Position numbers and translations under genes: made by a program. A stretch of DNA of 64,000 nucleotides, from assembly GCA_043228905.1 (NCBI GenBank), contig JBHGNT010000013.1:18290001-18354000 (forward strand). Direction: 5' to 3'. Source of the DNA: Azolla caroliniana. Its lineage: Eukaryota > Plantae > Polypodiophyta. Under the pieces are notes generated by a model. It did no database searches, was not told where the DNA came from, and worked only from the letters and a program-made list of their open reading frames with translations. Positions 1-13,340 of the stretch are shown piece by piece (position 1 is the stretch's first letter; the number at the start of each line of letters is the position of its first letter).

Positions 1-324
1 TAAGGCGAGACTTACTCCAATTTATATACAACCCTGAAGCCAAAGAAAATTGATCCCAAGCTTGCATACTCCTTTCAAAATTTTCTTTTGAGGCTTGTAA
101 AAACACACAATTGTCCACCAGAAGGAAGATGCAAACCCACAATATCACCACTAGCCGCAAGATTTGACAACATTACTAACAAAGGATGCGTAACAAAAGC
201 AAATAATAATGGGCTTAGTGGACATCCTTGCCACATGGATCTAGTAAGAAACACTTTTGGAGTAACTCCGCCTTTATGCATCACACACGAGGTTGCATTT
301 TGCCCTAGCAAAAAGATAAGTCGA

Positions 325-3300
325 TGTTGAAAAAAGCGTGCTCGGCCACAACCAAGGAATGGGATCAACTCACAGAAAAACAGGAAATACAAAATGCACA
401 AAACAATAGAGAGAAAGGTACACTGGATGTTTTACGTGGAAAACCCTAAATGGGAAAAACCACGGGAGTCCTCAAACTCCAACTATCACTATGAACAGGG
501 ATGTACACTGGTGAAGCTACAAGGCAACAACCTTGAGCTCACTGTCTTCGCCACAGGCGGCGGCAATACACAGAGGCAACGACCTCTTCGTCTCTCTCTC
601 TCTCTCTCTTTCTCGGCTGCTCTCACTTCGCATGAGAATTAAGCAACAACGTAAAACTGTTTGCCCTAAGTCATATTTATACACATATGACTTTCGGGCT
701 ATTTACAAATATGGCCTCAAGGGCCCTTGGCAAACATATTCACAAATATGTCCCCGCATCCGGATCTCTCTCCGGGTACATTCATCATCCGGCTCCGTAG
801 CCGGGTCTTCGTCATCCGGCTCCGTAGCCGGGGTCTTCATCACCCGTCTCCGTAACCGGGCACTCTTCATCCTCCGGTTTCGTAACCGCAACCGGGCTTG
901 CCGTCATTCATCTCCGGACATCCCATCCGGAGGGACCGAAATCCCAACAAACTCCCCCTTCACTTCGGCATGGGATGTCTTTCCAGTCCGACCCTCTTCC
1001 GGCACGCTTCCAGCTTGTCGGGTGTGAGCACTTTGGTCAGCATATCTGACCCGTTCTCTTCCGTGTGGATCTTCGACAGCATGAACTCCTGGTCTTCTAT
1101 CCTTTCCCGGATCCAGTGATATCTTCGCTGGATGTGCTTCGTCCGGGAGTGATAGGCCGCGTTCTTCGCAAGGTGGATGGCACTCTGACTGTCGCAGTAG
1201 AGTCGGTACTCCTCCTGCCGGATACCGAGCTCTCTAATGAAGTCCTTCATCCATATCATTTCCTTGCCGGCTTCAACAGCTGCCATGTACTCCGCCTCCG
1301 TGGTTGACAACGCAACCGTCTTCTGCAGCCTCGACTGCCACGAAACAGCTCCCCCTGCACACGTCATCACATACCCTGATGTGGACCGGCTGGTATCTTC
1401 ATCAGCCGACATATCCGAATCGGTAAAGCCGTCGAGTTCGGGCTTACCGGAGCCGAATCGGAGGCACACGTTTGCCGTGCCCTTCAGGTATCGGAGTATC
1501 CACTTGACCGCGTTCCAGTGGTCTTTGCCGGGATTGCTCATGTACCGGCTCACCACTCCGACTGCGTATCCTATGTCCGGTCTTGTACACACCATTGCGT
1601 ACATCAAGCTTCCGACGGCAGAGGCATATGGTACTTTCATCATGTCCTCCTTCTCAGCCTTTGTCTTGGGGCTCTGCTTGCTGGACAACTTGCAGTTTGC
1701 CGGGAGGGTTGACCCGACCGGTCTTGCTTCCGACATGTTGAACCGGTGAAGCACCTTTGTTACGTACTTCTCCTGTGACAGCCACAACTGCTTCTTCTTC
1801 CGGTCTCGGATGATGTGCATCCCTAGTATTTGCCTCGCCGGACCCAGGTCCTTCATTGAGAAGGTACGATGAAGAGCTTTCTTCAGCATCCGTATCTTGC
1901 CCTGGTCCCGTCCGACGATCAACATGTCGTCCACGTACAGGAGGAGTATTAGAGAGTCTCCTCCTTCGAACTTCTTCACAAACACGCAGTGATCGGACTG
2001 CGTTTTGTGGTACCCTTCGTCGGTCATGAAGGAGTCGAACTTCCGGTACCATTGCCGGGGAGCCTGCTTCAGTCCATAAAGGCTCTTCTTCAACCGGCAT
2101 ACCAGGTGCTCCTTCCCTTTCTTCTCGAATCCTTCCGGTTGCTGCATGTAGATCTCTTCTTCGAGGTCACCGTGAAGGAATGCCGTCTTCACGTCCATCT
2201 GTTCTACCTCGAGGTCCATGCTTGCCGCTATGCTCAGCACCGTCCGGATGGAGGTCATCTTCACTACCGGGGCAAATATCTCGTCGAAGTCGACGCCCTT
2301 CTTCTGCTGAAACCCCTTCACCACGATCCTGGCTTTGTATCTCGGGGGGTTTCCGGCATCTCCCGGTTTCAGCTTGAACACCCACTTGTTTCGAAGTGCC
2401 CGCTTTCCTTTCGGCAACTCCACAAGTTCATATGTGTGGTTCTCATGCAGGGAATCCATCTCGTCCTGCATGGCACTCAACCACCTGCGGCTCTGGGTGT
2501 CATGCTTTGCTTCTTCAAAGCTCTCCGGCTCCCCCTCGTCGGTTAGCAGCACGTGCTCTGGTTCCGGAAATCTCCGGGGGGCCCTTCTCTCTCTTAGAGG
2601 ATATCTCCGTTCCGGAGCTTCGGTAACCGGTTCTTCCGATTCTTCTTCATCCGAATCCGTTTCGGGATCGGGGCCGGTTCCGGTATCATTTTCATCTTCT
2701 TCGGCCGGTTCTGTTTCTTCACCGTCTTCGGTCGGATCCTCGAGTGCTAACCGGTCCCTTGCCGGTCGGGACTGCTCCTCGTAGAGTTGATCCTCACCGG
2801 TCGACTTGGAGCTCTTCATCTTCTTCTCCGACTCCCAGTCGGCGAGTGTCTTGTTCTCCATGAAGATGATATCTCGACTCCTGAATATCTTCTTGACGAC
2901 CGGGTCCCATACTCGGTAGCCGAACTCGTCGTCGCCGTAACCGAGGAATATGCATGGCCGGGTCTTTGGATCTAGCTTTCCTCTCCGGTCCTTTGCCACA
3001 TGCACGTATGCGAGACACCCGAACACCTTCAGATGCCGGTAGGACACTTCCTTACCGGTCCACACTTTCTGCGGCGTGTCTCCGTCCAGAGGTACTGAGG
3101 GTGATCTATTTATCACATACGTCGCCGTCGACATTGCCTCAGCCCAAAACCCCTTGGGTAATTTCGCATGCGCCAGCATACTCCGGACCCTCTCCATTAT
3201 GGTCCGGTTCATCCTCTCGGCCAGCCCGTTCAGTTCCGGCGTCTTCGGCACAGTAAACTCGAGCTGGATCCCCTTCGAGCGACAGTACTCCTGGAACTGC

Positions 3301-5689
3301 CCCCGGTATTCCCCTCCGTTATCCGCTCGTATCGCTTTCAGCTTCTTGCCGGATTCTCTTTCCACTCTCGCGTGGAGTTCTTTGAAGACGGACAACACTT
3401 GGTCCTTTGTCTTCATCGGTGCCGTCCACAGTCTTCGGCTATGATCATCTATGAATGTTATGAAGTACTGGGCTCCGCCATGTGACTTCGTTTCTACCTG
3501 ACACACATCGGTGTGCACCAACTCCAATGGTGCGCTACGTCTCGTCGGTGGCCTTGAGTGGAAGGAGGTTCGGTTCTGCTTACCGGCCAGGCAATCGGTG
3601 CACTTCTCCAGGTGCACATGCTTCACTGGAATAAGGTTGTCTTCTGCAAGCCTCTTCATCCCCTTCTCACTCATGTGGCACAGTCTTTTGTGCCACAGCT
3701 CACCGGCAGTGTCGGCTGCCACATTCAGCTCTTCCGGACATAGCCGGGAGTTCATCAGGTACAGTGTGTTGACCTTCCGGGCCCGAGCCACTATCAGGCT
3801 TCCCTTGCTGAACTTCATGACACCGTTCCGGATGCTACCCATGTAGCCTTCATCATCTAGCCTCCCGGCCGAGATCAGGTTCAATCGGACCTCCGGAACG
3901 TGTCGCACATCCTTCAGCAGCATCTTGCATCCGGTTGATGTCATCAGCCACACGTCTCCTATGCCGGCTATCCGGCACGTACCTTCATTTCCCATCCGGA
4001 CACAGCCGTGCTCACCGGCTGTGTAGGATGAGAAGTATTTCTTCTCCGGGGTCAGGTGGAACGACGCTCCGGAATCGACCACCCAGGTCATCTCTTCACC
4101 GGCAAGGTTCAGCTCCCTCTCTTCGGTAATGAGCATTATCTCTTCTTCACTTGCCGCAAGTGCCGTCGTTCCTTTCCGGTCCTGCCCTTGCCGATCCGAA
4201 CCTCTCCGGTCCGTGGCTCCCCGGTATGCACCGTTTCTCTCCGGTGACTTCTTCGAATCGGTGTCGTCGGCTCCGTTGTCCTTTCGGTAATGCCGACAAT
4301 TCTTCCGGAAGTGCCCCGGCTTCCCACAGTGGAAGCATGTGGGTCTTCCTCTTGACTGCGACCGGGTCCCCGACTTCTCCCGTCTTTGCGGACTCCGGTT
4401 CCATTGTCTTCCCCGTTCCGATTCGGTGAGCAGCGCCTTCGAGTCGGAGGCCGGTTCTTTATCTCTCCGACGCGCTTCTTCGTTCAAAATACTTGTCTTT
4501 ACCGTTTGTAGGGACAAGTTATCTTCGGTGCAGGAGGTGCTGAGAGTCACCACCAGGTTCTCCCAGCTTTCCGGCAATGTACACATCAGGATGATGGCTT
4601 GCATTGCATCCTCCAACGGGAACTTGATCGCCGCAAGCTGGTTCACGAATCCCATGAACGTGCTTACGTGTTCCACCATACTCTCGCCGTCCCGGTACTT
4701 GAGGTTCACTATCTTTCTCATCAGGGAGGTCCGGTTCAACGCATTCTTCCTCTCGTAGAGGCCCGACAGCTTCCTCCACATCTCATATGCGTTGGTGTCG
4801 TTCGCCACGTGTTGTAGAACGCTCACGTCGACGTATTGCCGAATGGTTGCAACGGCTTTCCGGTTCAGAAGCCTCCACTCCGTCTCAAGTACCCCCTTGG
4901 GTATTTCCGACCTGTCGATCGGTTCATACAGGTCCCGAACAATGAGCAGATCCTCCATCTTTATCTTCCAGTCGGCGTAGTTCTGCGCATTCAGCACCAT
5001 CATCCCCGGCTGCCCGCTGCTGCCGCCTTCCATTTTCTGTGTTACCGTCGCTCTGATACCAGTTTGTTGAAAAAAGCGTGCTCGGCCACAACCAAGGAAT
5101 GGGATCAACTCACAGAAAAACAGGAAATACAAAATGCACAAAACAATAGAGAGAAAGGTACACTGGATGTTTTACGTGGAAAACCCTAAATGGGAAAAAC
5201 CACGGGAGTCCTCAAACTCCAACTATCACTATGAACAGGGATGTACACTGGTGAAGCTACAAGGCAACAACCTTGAGCTCACTGTCTTCGCCACAGGCGG
5301 CGGCAATACACAGAGGCAACGACCTCTTCGTCTCTCTCTCTCTCTCTCTTTCTCGGCTGCTCTCACTTCGCATGAGAATTAAGCAACAACGTAAAACTGT
5401 TTGCCCTAAGTCATATTTATACACATATGACTTTCGGGCTATTTACAAATATGGCCTCAAGGGCCCTTGGCAAACATATTCACAAATATGTCCCCGCATC
5501 CGGATCTCTCTCCGGGTACATTCATCATCCGGCTCCGTAGCCGGGTCTTCGTCATCCGGCTCCGTAGCCGGGGTCTTCATCACCCGTCTCCGTAACCGGG
5601 CACTCTTCATCCTCCGGTTCCGTAACCGCAACCGGGCTTGCCGTCATTCATCTCCGGACATCCCATCTGGAGGGACCGAAATCCCAACA
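325..5689 (-). mobile_element. Intact Ty1/copia LTR retrotransposon A1
   Basis: 625-bp LTRs at 325-949 and 5065-5689 (TG..CA, 2 mismatches seen). TSD GTCGA at 320-324 and 5690-5694. tRNA-iMet PBS at 5050-5061. PPT at 950-962. Confidence 0.98.
960..5033 (-). CDS. Copia Gag-Pol polyprotein, 1357 aa (Gag, CCHC, protease, integrase, RT, RNase H)
   Basis: Uninterrupted ORF with CFHCGKPGHFRKNC, VDSGAS, LWHKRLCH, DNGGEY, LYGLKQAPRQW, LYVDD and TKHI. Start taken at the first ATG after the PBS. Confidence 0.96.
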   Translation of the reverse strand: MEGGSSGQPGMMVLNAQNYADWKIKMEDLLIVRDLYEPIDRSEIPKGVLETEWRLLNRKAVATIRQYVDVSVLQHVANDTNAYEMWRKLSGLYERKNALNRTSLMRKIVNLKYRDGESMVEHVSTFMGFVNQLAAIKFPLEDAMQAIILMCTLPESWENLVVTLSTSCTEDNLSLQTVKTSILNEEARRRDKEPASDSKALLTESERGRQWNRSPQRREKSGTRSQSRGRPTCFHCGKPGHFRKNCRHYRKDNGADDTDSKKSPERNGAYRGATDRRGSDRQGQDRKGTTALAASEEEIMLITEERELNLAGEEMTWVVDSGASFHLTPEKKYFSSYTAGEHGCVRMGNEGTCRIAGIGDVWLMTSTGCKMLLKDVRHVPEVRLNLISAGRLDDEGYMGSIRNGVMKFSKGSLIVARARKVNTLYLMNSRLCPEELNVAADTAGELWHKRLCHMSEKGMKRLAEDNLIPVKHVHLEKCTDCLAGKQNRTSFHSRPPTRRSAPLELVHTDVCQVETKSHGGAQYFITFIDDHSRRLWTAPMKTKDQVLSVFKELHARVERESGKKLKAIRADNGGEYRGQFQEYCRSKGIQLEFTVPKTPELNGLAERMNRTIMERVRSMLAHAKLPKGFWAEAMSTATYVINRSPSVPLDGDTPQKVWTGKEVSYRHLKVFGCLAYVHVAKDRRGKLDPKTRPCIFLGYGDDEFGYRVWDPVVKKIFRSRDIIFMENKTLADWESEKKMKSSKSTGEDQLYEEQSRPARDRLALEDPTEDGEETEPAEEDENDTGTGPDPETDSDEEESEEPVTEAPERRYPLRERRAPRRFPEPEHVLLTDEGEPESFEEAKHDTQSRRWLSAMQDEMDSLHENHTYELVELPKGKRALRNKWVFKLKPGDAGNPPRYKARIVVKGFQQKKGVDFDEIFAPVVKMTSIRTVLSIAASMDLEVEQMDVKTAFLHGDLEEEIYMQQPEGFEKKGKEHLVCRLKKSLYGLKQAPRQWYRKFDSFMTDEGYHKTQSDHCVFVKKFEGGDSLILLLYVDDMLIVGRDQGKIRMLKKALHRTFSMKDLGPARQILGMHIIRDRKKKQLWLSQEKYVTKVLHRFNMSEARPVGSTLPANCKLSSKQSPKTKAEKEDMMKVPYASAVGSLMYAMVCTRPDIGYAVGVVSRYMSNPGKDHWNAVKWILRYLKGTANVCLRFGSGKPELDGFTDSDMSADEDTSRSTSGYVMTCAGGAVSWQSRLQKTVALSTTEAEYMAAVEAGKEMIWMKDFIRELGIRQEEYRLYCDSQSAIHLAKNAAYHSRTKHIQRRYHWIRERIEDQEFMLSKIHTEENGSDMLTKVLTPDKLEACRKRVGLERHPMPK

Positions 5690-5964
5690 GTCGACACATA
5701 CGAGGACCAAACCCCATATTATACATCACACCTAAGAGGAAAGACCAATTAACATGATCATATGCTTTTTCCAAATCTAATTGCATAATAACCATTTTCT
5801 TGATGTGTATGTCAAGCATAATTGGTAGCCATTTGAACATTCAAAACATTATGCAATATATTTCTACCTGTAATAAAACCATATTGAGATGGATGAATAA
5901 GTTGAGGTAAGAACTTCTTAACTCTATTGGATAATAACTTTGCAAACACTTTGTACAACCCTCT

Positions 5965-8900
5965 TCTAAAGAATCGGATATGATTCTTGTCCAGCGGAAG
6001 AGATGTGTGTTATGTGTGAGAGACAAGAGAGAAGAGAAGAGAAACACAAGATAGATAAGCTAGAGAAATGAAATACTCAAGAAGAAGAAGATGTATATTC
6101 ACAAGTAAAATAGAAAATACAAAATGTAGCATTACAAGGAGTCACAACCGACTTAGTATGAAGTATATGGAGGGTGCTTTTTATATAGTCACCCTCTCTC
6201 TTCATTAACTAACTACAACAACCACTCTCTCTTGGGGAATGTGAAGACTCATAGTCATGGGGAATATGTAACTCATTAGTTATGTGTCATAGAATCTGAT
6301 TCTATGACAGATAGTTAATGTGTAGAGAGTGGTGGTATGACTCTTGACGTTTAAGTAATCATAGATTCTCAAAAGGTGTGTTCACATGTTGCACTATGTT
6401 GAGCTTGGTTCTCAACACACCCCCTCAAGCTCAACTCGGGTCGGTTTCTTTCGATTGACGTCCGTTTCGGCTAGTATCCGGTTCGGACGATCTCCAGTGT
6501 CCGATTCGGCTCGTACCCCGTTCGGACAATATCTGGTTCTCGATTGTACTCCCCCTCAAGCTTCGCAAGTCAAGGATCGTCAATCCAAAGTCTGACATGA
6601 ATTGCCAAAACTTGGCGGCTCCTAGGGCCTTGGTGAAGATGTCGATTGTCTAAAGATTTGTGTTTATGTGTAGAAGATCTACATCTCCGGCTTGAACACG
6701 CTCTCGAATGAAGTGGTAGTGCACTTCGATATGTTTTGTGCATGCGTGAAACACGAGGTTCCGAGACAGATATATACTGCTCATGTTGTCGTAGTAAATG
6801 GGAATAAGATCCTCGATGGGAACGCTCAGATCCTTCAAAATCCTCTTAAACCATACGACTTCACATGCAGCTACAACTGCGCCCCTGTATTCGGCCTCCG
6901 TACTCGGAAGTGTGACGGTAGGTAGCTTCTTACTACTCCAAGATATTGCTCTGCTACCGTTCGAGAAGACAAATCCAGAGCATTCTTCGAACATGTGCGT
7001 GTCAAGCTGATCTTCGGCTTCTATCTCTATTTCGAAGAATTCCAGGTCTAGCAGAATCGGAGTCGAAGTTGTCTTTGGTGCATACTAGCATGCGAACTCG
7101 TCGAAAATGACCTCTCGACTTACTCGATATTTTCGAGTTGAGTGGTTATGGCACTTGTACCCCTTTTTCTCCAGTGAGTATCCTACGAGGATACATTTCT
7201 CCAACTTCGGGTCGAGCTTTTGTCGTTTCTCGTTGGGGATCTGCACATATGCAATGGAGCCGAATATCCAAACATGTGATAGGTCCAACTTCTTTCCGAA
7301 AAACTTCTTGTGCGGAGTAAGTTCGTGCACACTCGATGTTGTACACCGATTCATGAGGTATACGACCGTGTTAGCTGCTTCTGCCCAGTATGACTTCGGC
7401 ATGTGCTTTTCGTTCATCATGGTCCGTGCTACTTCGACGATGAGCCGGTTCTTTCTTTCGGCAACTCCATTTTGTTGTGGCATATGTCGACACGAAAACT
7501 CTCACTGAATTCCTTCTTTCCATTGAAACGCCGAAAATTCGTCGGAGAAGTATCCGACTGAAGACATCGTACATGTCGGCCCGTGGCTTTCTCGACTTCA
7601 TTCATGAATATTTGGAAGTGTCCGAACACTTCGCTCTTTTGTTGCATCGGGTAGATCCAAGTGTGCCTAGAGAAGTCGTCGATGAAGGTCACATAGTATC
7701 GGCTTCCGCCGAATGTAGCCGTCTGAGCCGGACCCCATACATCAGAATGAATTACGTCGAGTACATCTTTGCTCACATTCCGCTCCTCTGGAAATGGTTA
7801 CCGATGTTGCTTGCCGAATTGGCAAGCAGCACACACGCCCCTCTGGAAATGGTTACCGATGTTGCTTGAATGTCGGGAGCCCAAGGGTGACTCATTTCAA
7901 TTGTATTGCCTTGAGCTTTTGGAGGTTGATATGGCCAATCCGCTTGTGCCATATGTCAGAATCGGCTTTCGTGCCCTTTGCGAACATGTTCGATTTCATC
8001 TCGTGTGAGTCGAGAATGAACATTCGGCCCTCTCTTCGTCCACGAGCGATGAGTCAACCCTCTTTTATGATGAAGCAAACACATTGATTAAATCATGCTT
8101 GGATCCCTTACTCAACACTTTGGCCAACCGAGACCAAATCTTCGTAATGGTTGGTACATGCAAGACATTCTTAATAAAAGTTTGGTTACCTTCTTTGACA
8201 AATGGGACATTGCCGATGTCTCGAATTGGATGCGTAGTGTTGTCTCTAGTTTCGACATAGCCGGGTTGGTCCGGCTCTCGAAGTTCTTGGAACCATTCTT
8301 GATGAGACCTCATATGGTTCCAGGCATCAGAGTCGACGAACCATACGTCTTCCGGACTAGATGCGCTATTCGAAGTAGAAGCCGACATAGAATTTGCTCT
8401 ATATCTCATCACGAACATTCAAGATGATCGTCATAGTCGGAGTTGGTGGCGTAATTGGTGAGTTGTCAGCTTATGGAAACCAACTCCCGCATCTTCTTGT
8501 GGTGATCGATTTTTCCGCAATAGCCGCATTCGACCACGTTTTGTCAGCTCGGACCGGAATGGAAGCTCCCCCTTCTTCCGAAGGTTCCTCGATGGCTTCC
8601 GTCTTGATGCTGAAATTGGGAGTTGTTTTCTTAAGTCGGGCCTTGTCCACCTTGTCCTTGGACGAATCGGCCTCTTCTTGTACGACCACGCCCTCTTCGT
8701 TCGTCCGAGTGTGAGTAAAGCATGTGGCCTTCCGAGGCGTTGCTCCTTGTTCAAACATGGTTTTCTTCGACCAACAACATGGATTGAAGATCTAAGAAGG
8801 AGGGCGGATTCTCCCGTGCTAATATGGCAATCCTCATCCCGCCGAATCGTAGTCGAAGGCCGCCGAGGCATATTTGCACCATCTCATCATCGTCTACATT

Positions 8901-9935
8901 GATGCTTATCATATCGAGTGAGTCGCAAAGCTCCTTGATCTTCAAGGCGTAGCTCGTGATGGACATATCCCTTTGTTGGATGTTGTTCAACTCTTGGCGG
9001 AGTTGAAGCTTTCTCGTGGTTGTGTTGGTGACGAAAATATTTCGTAGATTCTCCCACGCTTCCTTTGGCATCTCAGCTACTCGAATGTAGCCGAGCATGT
9101 GGTCGTGAACATATGTCGCCAAGCAATAGATCACTTGGCTTGCCGCTTGCTCCCATGTTGCGCAGTCGGCGTCTTTTGGGTCGGGTCGATTTTCTTGTGC
9201 TCCTGTGATGTAACCCCAATAGCCTTTGGCTAACAAGGTATTGGTGCATCTTGTACTCCCAAGATGCAAAGTTGTTTCAATCTAGCTTCTCCCTAGGGAG
9301 AGCGCTCCCCATTTGAGTATTCATTGTCGATGAAGATTTCGTCCTTCTTTTCTTTTCCTTCTCTCCTGAATACGAGCTATGTAGTCGCACTACGATAACG
9401 ATGGACCAGTTCTTCTCGAACATTGGCGTAGAACACAACAAATGCGGATGGGCTAGATTGAGCTGCCAAACCACTCTGATACCATGTAGAGAATCGGATA
9501 TGATTCTTGTGTAGCCGAAGAGATGTGTGTTATGTGAGAGAAAAGAGAGAAGAGAAGAGAAACACAAGATAGATAAGCTAGAGAAATGAAATACTTAAGA
9601 AGAAGAAGATGTATATTCACAAGTAAAATAGGAAATACAAAATGTAGCATTACAAGGAGTCAACACCGACTTAGTATGAAGTATGAGGAGGGTGCTTTAA
9701 ATACAATCACCCTCTCTCTTCATTAACTAAGTACAACCACCACTCTCTCTTGGGGAATGTGAAGACTCATAGTCATGAGGAATATGTAACTCATTAGTTA
9801 TGTGTCATAGAATCTAATTCTATGACACATAGTTAATGTGTAGAGAGTAGTGGTATGACTCTTGACCTTTAAGTAATCATAGATTCTCAAAAGGTGTATT
9901 CACACGTTGCACTATGTTGAGCTTGATTCTCAACA
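5965..9935 (-). mobile_element. Degenerate, internally deleted copia B1 (RT missing)
   Basis: LTRs at 5965-6417 and 9485-9935; the left one starts TC instead of TG. TSD CCTCT/CCTCC. PBS at ~9473-9484. Gag, protease, integrase and RNase H fragments are present. The integrase linker joins RNase H directly near 6980. Confidence 0.92.
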
Positions 9936-12804
9936 CCTCCCATCAATGAAATAGGTCTCTATTGATGAAATGACTCCGGAGATGGTGCCTTTGGTATCTA
10001 TTTGATTAATCCCACCTTCCAGCTCTCATGCATGAAACCAGAATCCCAACATTGTTGAAACATTTGTGTGAATGGACTCTTAAGCATGCCAACATACTTC
10101 TTAAAACCCTCATCTTTAACACCATCCTAATCAAGGTTTTTACTATTTGGAAGGTGTAACAATATTTTTTCCACCGTAGCTTCTTCAAAATCTGCATCCA
10201 ATTCTTGACAAATATTTTTATTCATGGCACTCCCAATTACATTATAAAACTCTTATCGTGCTTGCAAAACATCCTCATTAATTATGAACTTTGGCCCAAT
10301 CAAATTCTTAACGAAGTAATACATAACTCAATAACCTTGATTGGGTCTACAACAATGTCATCCCTTATCTTAATTTGTACCACATTTGAATGAGCATATG
10401 GTGGTCTTAATCCTTGAAAAAACATATGAGATTGTGATTGATTATCTATAAATCCCTCCTTTAATTGACGTAGTCTTGTCTATTAATAACTTTGACAAGA
10501 CAAATTCTTCAAAATGTCCTGTACTTGAACTTGAACATCCAAAAGCTCTTCATCATCCTGATTATCCATCAATAGTACATTGCATCGCGTAAGAATATAT
10601 GAAAAGTTATCAATCAATTTCTTACGTGTTTTAGCATTAGTCATACCATACATACGATGAATATCATTGATGTTTTGTAGTGTTGTATCCCATGCATACC
10701 ATCCTTTTGAAGTAACTTGTTCAGAAAACATTCCAAAATTTTGTTGCATACAACCATCAAATAAGGAATGTAATAATAAAGAAGAATTAAACCTCAAAGG
10801 AACTCGATGAAGCAATGTTTTGCACATATCTACCCCATGTTTATTAAACTCAAAACATTTGGGAAAATTATCCAATGTCACAACCTCTTGCATAATTGAC
10901 ATATTAAGCATCTCCAGCAAAAAGCACTTATCATGCATAACATACATTCTATCTAACCTACTCCATGTTTCCTTATATTGGATAGACTGAAATGTAAACC
11001 CAACCTCATCTTGATGCAACCATTTCCATACATCTAACTTCAAAACCTCTGATGCCAATTTGTCCCAAACTGCTTGCTGAGGAGAATCCATCAAGGAGAA
11101 TCGTGAAGTAGATTGTGAAGCATCAACACACATATTAAATTCACCCATTAACAAACCAACACGGCCTACTAATAACCGTGGATACATTGAAGACCATAAC
11201 TCAATGTGTTGATTAGCATTATTGGGTGCATAGATTCTAACCAACCATATCAAATCCTCAAAATACTTGACTTTCATCACCAAAAAACATTCATATGGAT
11301 CATTCTAGACTATATGTGGACAAAACAAACACGAATAATCATGACAACCCTCGAATAATGATGTGATAACTGTCCTGCATAATATGCGGAATATCCAAGC
11401 AAATGTAACACAGATCCTGCTAAATCATGACACTTATGTTCAACTACACATAAAACATCCTATTGTTTATCAAATAAATTATTCCATAATATATATTTCT
11501 TATGAGGAGAAAATTGTCCCTCGCACATTCCATGATACCACTTTCATTTAACACCTTTAGTAAGAACTTGCTTTTCTGAGCAACTGTATTCATGAATGTA
11601 CTAACTACTTGTTCAAGAGCTGTATAAGGATTTATATGTACTACATCCCCTCCAACAATATTAGGGTTTTGTTGTCTAGCTCCACGAGCACGAAGTCCTT
11701 GATTTAATTGAGGTCGTACCACCTTTCCTGAAGAATCAAATTTTAATTGGTTGGACAATCTCTGATTTCACACTTGTTTCTACCAAAGATTTTTCTTAAA
11801 CTCCTCATTCAATCTCAAGTTATCTTTTGGTAATGCCTTACCGTTAGTATTTTTTGTGTCCCTTTGTATGGCAACACCCTTCCCCTTCCCTTTTATCTTA
11901 TGCTTCACTTGATGCCACTCTCCATCTTCAACATTTGGGTCATCATTAATGCATACTCCATTCTCCTCCCCAACACCTCTAACATGACCATGAACTTTTG
12001 GATCTCGATCTAACCCATGAGATGTTCCCTCATCCATGACCATATCAACCATTGAGACAATATCATTCTCAACATCTTCCTTATTTTTCCCTTTGAAATG
12101 ATTTTCTGGGGATAGTTCACCATGATATTGGCATTCAGCCATAAAATGCCCCAATTTACCACAATTAAAACAATATCCTGCAAAAGTTTCCCATTGAAGC
12201 TTAAAACGAAATTGACGAAATCGAGATGTATCTATACTCAACCATCCTAGAAGTTTACAACTTGTATCCCATAACATGCAAAATCTACATTTGTTTAACA
12301 AATTAACATGAGGAGCAACCAAAACTTTACCAATTTGAGACATCAATCTTGGTAGTAAATCCCAAAAGAATGAGTTATTGCAATCAACGGTCACCCAAAT
12401 TGGACATTGTTGTTTTAATAAATCTTTATAATTCACCACCGGAGCCCATTCCATCACATGCACTAATCTTCTATCAAAAAAGATTGGTACCTTTGCCATC
12501 AAAGTCATACAGTGTTCTGAGGATCGAAAAACCACATCATAGAAACCTCTTGGACCACATAGACATCCTCAACACAATTAGGCACTATGAATGAATTCAA
12601 TCACTGCTTAATCCATGATACTAAAGGACGTTTGCTAGTGAAAGACAAAATAACACCATGATCATAGAACTTGTCAAAATTTGCTAATATAGACTTGGTC
12701 CTCATCACCACCTCTACACAATCTTTAGCATCTTTCTCAATTTTTTCCATAAAATCGGAAAGCAAAGCCTTAACAAAATCACGACGACTATCAATATTAT
12801 AATC

Positions 12805-13090
12805 ATATCCAATAACATCTTTCCCACCAAGAATAGTTGAATATGATTTTTTCTAGAGATAGAACTTGTGTTATATCTCTTTGGTGATAATGGATTGGTT
12901 TTGGATTTTGTCTCGTGGTTGTTTCCCTCATTGAGGGTTTTTCCGTTAAATCTTGTGTCATCTTTATTGTGTCATTGTGTGTGCTTTGTAGTCCTTTTAT
13001 TTTGATCTTTACCTCATTATAATCGAGCACAAAAGTGACATGAGTGACACTCTTGTGTGTCTATACCTCCTCAAGCGGTATCAGACCAAA
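12805..13090 (+). mobile_element. Truncated copia-type LTR 3' portion with a degenerate PBS
   Basis: U5-like GAGGGTTTTTCCGTTAAATCTTGTGTC, followed by GCGGTATCAGACC (cf. TGGTATCAGAGC) at ~13076-13088. It abuts the LINE 5' end. Confidence 0.5.
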
Positions 13091-13302
13091 GGTTGTGTTT
13101 TTTTTGCTCGATTATAAATGGAGGCCGGTGACAATTTTTCTTGTAGATTCTTGTAAAGATAACTAAACTTAACGTCCAAATAATCCTTGGAAAGCTCTCT
13201 AAACGAGCTTTGCAAGGCACCAAAAATCATAAACAACGGAGTTGTGAGTACAAAGTTACATGAGGAGCATGTTTCAACACTATTCTTGGAACGTCATCAC
13301 TC

Positions 13303-13340
<38 letters not shown>
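13303..13340. repeat. (CT)n(AT)n microsatellite; insertion site of the TRIM-like element
   Basis: Read directly. The AT run resumes at 19852. Confidence 0.95.

Larger units (their letters stand above)
1..12800 (-). mobile_element. Degenerate L1-type LINE (ORF1 plus ORF2 endonuclease/RT), split by copia A1 and copia B1; runs off the window start
   Basis: ORF1-like 11780-12535 has a CCHC knuckle (CFNCGKLGHFMAEC). Endonuclease-like 10483-11283 has YAPN, GEFN and SRLDRMYV. RT pieces LDLEKAYDHVNWSFL (5695-5840) and QGCPLSPLLF (75-324) rejoin across the copia A1 TSD. Multiple stops and frameshifts. Confidence 0.9.

Noticed and set aside
394-1027. ORFs inside LTRs and the many antisense ORFs within the polyproteins
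   Set aside because: They arise from GC-rich codon usage and LTR duplication and show no domain motifs.
5034-5141. N-terminal extensions of the copia ORFs (also 33477-33668)
   Set aside because: They run through the LTR and PBS. The sibling-conserved start is MEGG.
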